The position numbers and the translations under genes are program-made. Below are positions 7,712-15,434 of a DNA stretch of 15,434 nt, one piece after another. Below the pieces are notes generated by a model that was not told the origin of the DNA, searched no databases, and was given only the letters and a program-made list of their open reading frames with translations. Positions within the stretch are counted from its first letter, which is position 1, and the number at the start of each line of letters is the position of its first letter. The DNA comes from Octopus sinensis (Eukaryota). The stretch spans positions 1 through 15,434 of the forward strand of contig NW_021825493.1 of assembly GCF_006345805.1 (NCBI RefSeq), in the 5' to 3' direction.

Positions 7712-10700
7712 GTGCCGAAAGAGATCAAAGAGGAGTCCCGAAAGAGATCAAAGAGGGTGCCGAAAGAGATCAAAAATGGTCCCGAAAGAGATCTAAGAGA
7801 AGTCCCGAAAGAGATCAAAGAGGAGTCCCGAAAGAGATCAATGAGGAGTCCGAAAAGAGATCAAAGAGGGTCCCGAAAGAGATCAAAAAGGAGCCCCGAA
7901 AGAGATCAAAGAGGGTGCCGACAGAGATCAAAGAGGAGTCCCGAAAGAGATCAAAGAGGGTGCTGAAAGAGATTAAAGAGGAGTCCCGAAAGAGATCAAT
8001 GAGGAGTCCGGAAATAGACCAAAGAGGGTGCCGAAAAAGATAAAAAAGGAGCCCCGAAAGAGATCAAAGAGGGTGCCGAAAGAGATCAAAGAGGAGTCTC
8101 GAAAGATATCAAAGAGGGTGCCGAAAGAGATCAAATAGGGTGCCGACAGGGATCAAAGAGGGCGCCGACATAGATGAAAGAGGGCACCGACAGAAATCAA
8201 AGAGTGTGCCGACAGAGATCAAAGAGGGGGTGTCGACAGAGATCAAAGAAAGTGCCGACAGAGATCAAAGAGGGTGCCGAAAGAGATCAAAGAGGGTGCC
8301 GAAAGAGATCAAAGAGGATGCCAACAGAGATCAAAGAGGGTGCCGACAGAGATAAAAGATGGTGCCGAAAGAGATCCAAGAGGGCGCCGACATAGATCAA
8401 AGAGGGCACCGACAGAGATCAAAGAGTGTGCCGACAGAGATCAAAGAGGGTGTGTCGACAGAGATCAAAGAAAGTGCCGACAGAGATCAAAGAGGGTGCC
8501 GAAAGAGATCAAAGACGGTGCCGATAGTGATCAAATAAGGTGCCGAAAGAGAGCAAAGAGGATGTCGACAGAGATCAAAGAGGGTGCCGACATAGATCAA
8601 AGAGGGTGCTGACAGTGATCAAAGAGGGTGCCGACAGAGATCAAAGAGGGTGCTGACATAGATCAAAGAGGGTGCCGACAGAGATCAAAGATGGTGCCGA
8701 ATGAGACGAAAGGGGTGCCGAAAAAGATCAAAAAGGGTGCCGAAAGATATCAAAGAGGGTGCCGAAAGAGATCAAAGAGGAGTCCCGAAAGAGATCAAAG
8801 AGGAGTCCCGAAAGAGATCAAAGAGAGTGCCGACAGAGATCAAAGAGGGTACCGACAGAGATCAAAGAGGGTGCAGACATAGATCAAAGAGGGTGCTGTC
8901 AGTGGTCAAAGAGGGTGCTGTCAGTGATCAAAGAGGGTGCCGACAGAGATCAAAGATGGTGCCGAAAGAGACAAAAGAGGGTGCCGAAAAAGATCAAAAA
9001 GGATCCCCGAGAGAGATCAAAGAGGCTGCCGAAAGATATCAAAGAGAGTCCCGAAAGAGATCAATGAGGAGTCCGGAAAGAGATCAAAGAGGGCGCCGAC
9101 ATAGATCAAAGAGGGCGCCGACAGAGATCAAAGAAATTGCCGACAGAGATCAAAGATGGTGCCGAAAGGGATCAAAGAGGTCACCGACAGTATCAAAGAT
9201 GGTGCCGAAAGATATCAAAGAGGGTACCGACAGAGATCAGAGATGGTGCCGAAAGAGACAAAAGAGGTTGCCGAAAAAGATCAAAAAGGATCCCCGAAAG
9301 AGATCAAAGAGGGTGCCGAAAGATATCAAAGAGGGTGCCGACAGAGATCAAAGAGAGTCCCGAAAGAGATCACTGAGGAGTCCTGAAAGAGATCAAAGAG
9401 GGCACCGACATAGATCAAAGAAAGCGCTGACAGAGATCAAAGACGGTGGCGACAGAGATCAAAGAGGGGGTGTCGACAGAGATCAATGAAAGTGCCGATA
9501 GAGATCAAAGATGGTGCCGAAAGAGATCAAAGAGGGCGCCGACAGAGATCAAAGATGGTGCCGAAAGATATCAAAGAGGGTGCCGACATAGATCAAAGAG
9601 GGCGTCGACAAAGATCAAAGAGGTGTCCTGAAAGAGATCAAAGAGGAGTCTCGAAAAAGATCAAAGATAGTCCCGAAAGAGATCAAAGAGTCCCGAAAGA
9701 GATCAAAGAGAGTGCCGAAAGATATCAAAGAGGGTGCCGAAAGAGATCAAAGAGGGTGCCGACAGGGATCAATGAGGGCGTCGACATAGATCAAAGAGGG
9801 CGCCGACAGAGATCAAAGAGGGCGTCGACAGAGATCAAAGAGGGTGCCGACAGCGATCAAAGATGGTGCCGACATCGATCAAAGAGTCCCGAAAGATATC
9901 AAAGAGGGTGCCGAAAGAGATTTATGAGGGTGCCGACAGGGATCAAAGAGGGTGTCGACATAGATCAAAGATGGTGCCGATGAGATCAAAGAGGGTGCCG
10001 AAAGAGATCAAAGAGGGCGCCGACAGAGATCAAAGATGGTGCCGAAAGATATCAAAGAGGGTGCCGACATAGATCAAAGAGGGCGTCGACAAAGATCAAA
10101 GAGGTGTCCTGAAAGAGATCAAAGAGGAGTCTCGAAAAAGATCAAAGATAGTCCCGAAAGAGATCAAAGAGTCCCGAAAGAGATCAAAGAGAGTGCCGAA
10201 AGATATCAAAGAGGGTGCCGAAAGAGATCAAAGAGGGTGCCGACAGGGATCAATGAGGGCGTCGACATAGATCAAAGAGGGCGCCGACAGAGATCAAAGA
10301 GGGCGTCGACAGAGATCAAAGAGGGTGCCGACAGCGATCAAAGATGGTGCCGACATCGATCAAAGAGTCCCGAAAGATATCAAAGAGAGTGCCGAAAGAT
10401 ATCAAAGAGGGTGCCGAAAGAGATTTATGAGGGTGCCGACAGGGATCAAAGAGGGTGTCGACATAGATCAAAGATGGTGCCGATGAGATCAAAGAGGGTG
10501 CCGAAAGAGATCAAAGAGGGTGCCGAGAGAGCTCAAAGAGGGCGCCGACATGGATCAAAGAGTGTGCCGATATAGATCAAAGATTGTGCCGACAGGGATC
10601 AAAGAGGGTGTCGACAGAGATCAAAGTGTGTGCCGACAAAGAGCAAAGAGGGCGCCGACAGATATCAAAGACGAGTCCCGAAAGAGATCAAAGAGGGTGC

Positions 10701-11031
10701 CGAAAGAGATCAAAGAGGGTGCCGAAAAAGATCAAAGAGGGTGCCGAAAGAGATCAAAGAGGAAACCCGAAAAAGATCAAAGAGGGTGCCGAAAGAGATC
10801 AAAGAGGAGTCTTGAAAGAGATCAAAGAGAGTAACGAAAGAGATCAAAGATGGTGCCGGAGGAGATAATAGAGGGTGCCGAAAGAGATCAAAGAGGGTAC
10901 CGAAAGAGATCAAAGATGAGTCCCGCTAGAGATCAAAGAGGAGTCCCGTAAGAGATCAAAGAGGGTGCCGAAAGAGATAAAAGAGGGTGCCGAAAGAGAT
11001 CAAAGAGGTGTCTCGAAAGAGATCAGAGAGG
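7712..11031. repeat. 22-bp satellite, consensus GAGGGTGCCGAAAGAGATCAAA (about 150 units)
   Basis: Continuous tandem array with 23-bp (GAGGAGTCCCGAAAGAGATCAAA) and GACA/GATG variants; consensus is 17/22 purine on the + strand. Confidence 0.97.
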
Positions 11032-11270
11032 ACATTTATTTTTTAATCACTACAATTGTTTGCACGCTGCGTAGATCTCCAGATGTGCAGAACCTATTTC
11101 CCTGCATTATGAGCTCTAGTTGTGTCATATCGCAGGTGATATGTAAATTTAAAATCCTTGGCTTCAAGAACATTCTATCACTCTGTCGTGGCCTTAATTT
11201 AATAGTAGTCACAAAGCCTATCAGGGTATGTTGTTAGTGAAGGGCCGTTAGCAAACTGCTTTGAATGCGT

Positions 11271-12198
11271 AAATTTTCGAAAAATTTTTGGGTAAATTTA
11301 TCGGTGAAAATTTTCATGGAAAATTTGGAGGCAAATTTTAGTGGAAAATTTAGTGGAAAATTTGGGGAAAATTTTCGGCAAAAGTTTTCGAAAAATTTTG
11401 GTGAAAATTTTTGATAAATTTTTGGGGAAAATTTTCAGTGAAAATTTTCGAAAAATTTTTATATAAAATTTTCGGTAAAAATTCTCGAAAAATTTTTGGA
11501 CAAAATTTATAGTGAAAATTTTCGAAAAATTTTCATAAAATTTTTGGGTTAAATTTTCTGTGAAAATTTTAGAAAAATTTTTGGTGAAAGTTTTGGAAAG
11601 ATTTTTAGTGAAAATTTTGGAAAGATTTTTGGTGAAAATTTTCGAAATATTTTTGGGTAAAATTTTCAGTGAAAATTTTCGAAAAATTTTTGGGCAAAGT
11701 TTTCGGTGAAAATTTTCATAAAATATTTGGACAAATTTTCGGTGAAAATTCTCGAAAAATTTTTGGACAAAATTTTTAGTGAAAATTTTCGGAAAATTTT
11801 CATAAAATTTTTGGGTTAAATTTTCTGTGAAAATTTTCGAAAAATCTTTGGTGAGTATTTTGGAAAGATTTTTGGTGAAAATTTTGGAAAGACTTTTGGT
11901 GATTTTGGCACCATTGGCCTTCCATACTTTATGACTTTGGCATCTCTGGTCTTCCATACTTTGTGATTTTGGCAGGTTTCCATACTTTGTGATTTTGGCA
12001 CCGCTGGCTTTCCATACTATATGATTTTGTCACCTCTGGTTTTCCATACATTGGGGAAAATTTTCCGAAAATTTGTTGAAAATTTTCGAAAAATTTTTGG
12101 GTAAAATTTTCGGTGAAAATTTTCGTAAAATTTTTGGGTAAAATTTGTGGTGAAAATTTTAGAAAATTTTTGGGTAAAAGTTCCAATGAAAATTTTCG
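11271..12198. repeat. AT-rich minisatellite of GAAAATTTTC/GAAAAATTTTT units, block 1 (interrupted by the 32-bp array)
   Basis: Alternating 11-13-bp units such as GAAAATTTTCGAAAAATTTTTGGT, with longer internal re-duplications. Confidence 0.93.
11901..12049. repeat. 32-bp tandem array, copy 1 (about 5 units)
   Basis: Consensus GATTTTGGCACCNCTGGCTTTCCATACTTTGT; units start at 11901, 11933, 11965 (26 bp, deleted), 11991 and 12023. Confidence 0.92.
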
Positions 12199-12306
12199 GA
12201 AACCCATATAACGAATATGCTCCATATGCTGATGTCTATAAACGTCGATATGGTCGTAGTTGTTAAGTGTAAAGTAGAATCTGGTGTATCGTTGATCGTG
12301 AGGCAT
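12199..12306 (-). pseudogene. rep: N-terminal fragment of a CRESS-DNA-virus-type HUH replication initiator (endogenous viral element)
   Basis: MPHDQRYTRFYFTLNNYDHIDVYRHQHMEHIRYMGF: RCR motif I FTLNNY near the N-terminus, then RY-hydrophobic-F at the spacing seen before the G-x-E and motif II of circovirus-like Reps; truncated by the AT-rich block before motif II. Confidence 0.72.
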
Positions 12307-12313
12307 CTTGACT

Positions 12314-12322
12314 GTAATATTC
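12314..12322 (-). other. Candidate rolling-circle origin nonamer GAATATTAC
   Basis: Fits NANTATTAC, lies on the rep strand 7 nt before the ATG; flanking stem is weak (TCTGGTT/AGTCAAGA with two G-T pairs and a bulge). Confidence 0.35.
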
Positions 12323-12407
12323 AACCAGAATTCACTCTATACAAAGAAAGCAGCAGAAGCAGCCACCTAAAATTCTATTTTTAGCCATAACATCTATTTT
12401 TAGCTCG

Positions 12408-13300
12408 GGGAAAATTTTCGAAAAATTTTTGGGTAAAATTTTCAGTGAAGATTTTCGAAAAATTTTTGGGCAAAGTTTTCGGTGAAAATTTTCGAAAAAT
12501 ATTTGGACAAAATTTTCGGTGAAAATTCTCGAAAAATTTTTGGAGAAAATATTTAGTGAAAATTTTCGGAAAATTTTCATAAAATTTTTGGGTTAAATTT
12601 TCTGTGAAAATTTTCGAAAAATTTTTGGTGAAAGTTTTGGAAAGATTTTTGGTGAAAATTTTGGAAAGATTTTTGGTGAAAATTTTCGAAAAATTTTTGG
12701 GACAATTTTCGAAAAATTTTTGGTTAAAATTTTCATTGAAAATATTCGAAAAATTTTTGGGCAAAGTTTTCGGTGAAAATTTTCGAAAAATATTTGGACA
12801 AAATTTTCGGTGAAAATTCTCGAAAAATTTTTGGACAATTTTTAGTGAAAATTTTCGGAAAATTTTCATAAAATTTTTGGGTTAAATTTTCTGTGAAAAT
12901 TTTCGAAAAATCTTTGGTGAAAATTTTGGAAAGATTTTTGGTGAAAATTTTGGAAAGACTTTTGGTGATTTGGCACCATTGGCCTTTCATACTTTATGAT
13001 TTAGGCATCTCTGGTCTTCCAAACTTTGTGATTTTGGCACCGCTAGCTTTCCATGCTTTGTGATTTCAGCACTGCTAGGTTTCCATACTTTGTGATTTTG
13101 GCACCGCTGGCTTTCCATACTATATGATTTTGTCACCTCTGGCTTTCCATACTTCGGGGAAAATTTTCCGAAAATTTTTGTTGAAAATTTTCGAAAAATT
13201 TTTGGGGAAAATTTTCCGTGAAAATTTTCGTAAAATTTTTGGGTAAAATTTGTGGTGAAAATTTTCGAAAATTTTTGGGTAAATTCCAATGAAAATTTTC
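12408..13300. repeat. AT-rich minisatellite, block 2 (tandem duplicate of block 1)
   Basis: Same units and variant order as block 1; right ends offset by 1103 bp. Confidence 0.93.
12967..13152. repeat. 32-bp tandem array, copy 2 (6 units)
   Basis: Same consensus and unit order as 11901-12049, which lacks about 38 bp across units 3-4. Confidence 0.92.
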
Positions 13301-13301
13301 G

Positions 13302-13331
13302 GAAATCCATATAACGAATATGCTCCATATG
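13302..13331 (-). pseudogene. Second copy of the Rep fragment junction (HMEHIRYMDF)
   Basis: Duplicate of 12199-12228 with one substitution; cut off by the transposase remnant. Confidence 0.7.
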
Positions 13332-14018
13332 ATGAGGAGAGGTCAATTCATGTCAGAAAAAAAACAAAAGAAAACCGTTTAATCAGATCCAAAAGACATT
13401 TGAACAAATTTAAAAATCCATCAGAAGATAGCGTGATTTTGTTTTTCTTGGATGAGAAAAACTTTGTAAAGAACCAGAAAACCAACAGAAGAAATGACAG
13501 ATGGATATGTGCAGATCCTTCTAGGGTTCCAAGAGTAATGTACACAAAATTTCCTGCAAGTGTCATGGTTTTTGCTGTTGTTAGCAATGATTGACATGTG
13601 ACGCCACCCACACGGCATTAGGGTGGATGCTTCTGCGTATATTGAGGTTCTGAATAAAGTTGTTAAGCCTTGGAGTAACAGTGTATGCAGTGGAAGGCCT
13701 TATGTGTTTCAACAAAATTCTGCACCATCACACAAGGCTCAAATGATACAAGAATGGATGGCCGACAATTTGCATGATCACATCACCCCCAACATTTGGC
13801 CTCCTAATTCTCCAGATCTCAATCTACTGGACTACTATGTATAGAGCATCGTTGAGAAAAATGTTAATGAACACCCCCATAGCACCAAAGATTCTTTGAA
13901 AGTCACCATATTTCGAGTCATGTCCAATACGAACAAGATCCACTTAATTCGAGCTTCTAAACAATTTCGACCACGAATAGGCGCAGTCAGTGATGCTTAT
14001 GGTCGTTTTATTGAATGA
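13332..14018 (+). pseudogene. Decayed Tc1/mariner transposase, DD37D (maT) type, 5'-truncated
   Basis: FFLDEKNF, RRNDRW, TKFPASVMV, YVFQQ(N)SAPSH, WPPNSPDLNLLDY with 37 residues between the second and third catalytic positions; ends ...GRFIE* at 14016-14018. Disabled by frameshifts (about 13360 and 13620), stops at 13592 and 13842, and D-to-N at the second Asp. No TIRs found. Confidence 0.95.
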
Positions 14019-14567
14019 AATTATTAAACTGATAATTTAGCTTTATGTTTATGTTATTTTTATAAAAATGAATTTTTTTCTCACACATGACCATCGTCCA
14101 TTTTTCTTTTCCTCTCGTGACCATTTTCCTTTTCCTACTCGAAGTTCTAAGGACTGGATGTCTGCTATCTCTCTCTTCTATCTTTTCTCTTTCCAAAGAA
14201 AATATTTCTTCAAGCGTTCACTATTTTACCCCTCGTTCTGGTTTAACAACCATCCATGTTTGTTTTCGTTCGATTTCCTTGTAAGTCGCCACTGTCCTGT
14301 TCTTGCTCCCAACTCTGATCCTCCATAAATCCAAAATTTTATTTTGATATTTATGAGAGCAACTGTCTTGGAAGACTCATATTGTCATTCAAATGCTCGA
14401 AATGAGGAGTAGATAGACAGCTGACAACTGATGAAGGGTCGTTCTTTGCGTTACTTGTCCTGTTTACAATTATTTTTTCTCTCGTTGCTTGCTTATTTAA
14501 CTCGCTCGTTTTCGTACTTCATGTTGTATACACAGATGGTGACGTCCTGTCATGTACCCTTATATGC

Positions 14568-14568
14568 A

Positions 14569-14619
<51 letters not shown>

Positions 14620-14905
14620 ATACCTATATTTATATATATGTATTATCGCTACGCATCCATCTACAAATAAGTTTATATATACATAAATACACACACATAC
14701 GTGCAATAATTTCACACATACACACACACAATTACAGACACTTATATATATATATATATATCTAATATATATATATATAATATATATGTATATAAAGCAT
14801 AGGTGGTTAGACATACGTGTGAGTGTGTGCGTGTGCGTGATATGAGTCTATGTGAGTATGCAGGTGTGTGTGGTTCTGTGTGCGTGCGTGTGCGTGTGTT
14901 TGTGT
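14568..14905. repeat. Compound (CTAT)n/(TA)n/(CA)n/(TG)n microsatellite region
   Basis: Directly visible. Confidence 0.85.
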
Positions 14906-15094
14906 TCAGTCAGAGAGAAAATGTAACGTATATTGAAAATATATTTTACATAGGAAAGATTATCTAATATAAAAATTTCCGTCAACACAAATGCCCGCGG
15001 TGAAACTCACAGAAGACCGCTAAGTTTTGATATAATAAGCACATACACAAACATACACAACACTCACAGATCGCTATAATAGATCGCTAGCCAT

Positions 15095-15250
15095 TACACA
15101 GTCTTTATTTTCTCTCCTTGTTTTTTTTCTGTGTTCCTTTGTGGGGAAGAGCATAGGCTCGAAACGTTAAAGACTTTTCACTTCCGAGCGTTACATCTGT
15201 TTGTTGTTACAACCACCTGTCTTCGTCTTTTGTGTTTTTGTGAATTCTCC
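15095..15250 (+). mobile_element. Short hammerhead-bearing interspersed repeat, copy 2
   Basis: Homologous to the reverse complement of 5846-6025 both upstream and downstream of the ribozyme motif; followed by (TA)n. Confidence 0.7.
15137..15172 (+). ncRNA. Degenerate minimal type I hammerhead motif
   Basis: CTTT GTGGGGA A GAGC ATAG GCTC GAAA CG TT AAAG: 4-bp stem I, perfect 4-bp stem II, GAAA and palindromic AACGTT, but the CUGAUGA box is mutated, so probably inactive. Confidence 0.55.
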
Positions 15251-15434
15251 CTATATATATATATATATTATCTCTTACCGTTTGTGTGTCTGCCTTCCAA
15301 TTGCTGTTTTTACTGAGATCTCCCTTTTTAGTAGAAGAATAGCTATAACTCTTGACTGCTATTTCTAAATTCGGTATGTGGTAAGGCAATTCGTTGCTAA
15401 ATCCTTTATTGCTTAGTATTACTTAAATTTTCCT

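Noticed and set aside
7712-11031. Lys/Arg/Glu-rich ORFs up to 262 aa in the satellite
   Set aside because: The monomer is 22 bp with freely mixed 21-23-bp variants, so the frame is not preserved; all three frames give the same permuted peptide.
11901-13152. CRISPR-like appearance of the 32-bp arrays (and the 22-bp array)
   Set aside because: Units are contiguous with no unique spacers, no cas genes are present, and the context is eukaryotic.
11298-13346. Long KFS/KIF-rich minus-strand ORFs
   Set aside because: Translations of the AT-rich and 32-bp repeats; only the 36-codon Rep portion is non-repetitive.
14019-14120. 3' terminal inverted repeat of the maT element
   Set aside because: No CAG-type terminus with TA target site or matching 5' partner is visible; element ends cannot be called.

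Overview
Eukaryotic, repeat-saturated non-coding DNA, most likely from an octopus/coleoid cephalopod. That assignment is inferred from the SINE families and the density of TATG/CTAT/CA microsatellites. No intact protein-coding gene or convincing exon is visible, and nearly all ORFs in the track are translations of simple repeats. The window holds compound microsatellites, a head-to-tail tRNA-derived SINE dimer with a target-site duplication, a 5'-truncated CORE-type SINE, two non-autonomous Helitrons, a ~370-bp foldback palindrome, a 3.3-kb 22-bp satellite with higher-order repeats, and a decayed DD37D (maT) Tc1/mariner transposase. Two things stand out. (1) A ~1.1-kb unit at 11271-13331 is present twice in tandem. 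It combines the N-terminus of a CRESS-DNA-virus-type Rep (motif I FTLNNY), an adjacent NANTATTAC nonamer, chains of A4T4 palindromes and 32-bp repeat arrays, and may be an integrated defective or satellite-like rolling-circle replicon. (2) There are three, possibly four, minimal type I hammerhead-ribozyme motifs of the Penelope-like-element type; two belong to one repeat family, and the better-preserved copy has an unusual CUGUCGA core. All calls were made by eye without database searches.
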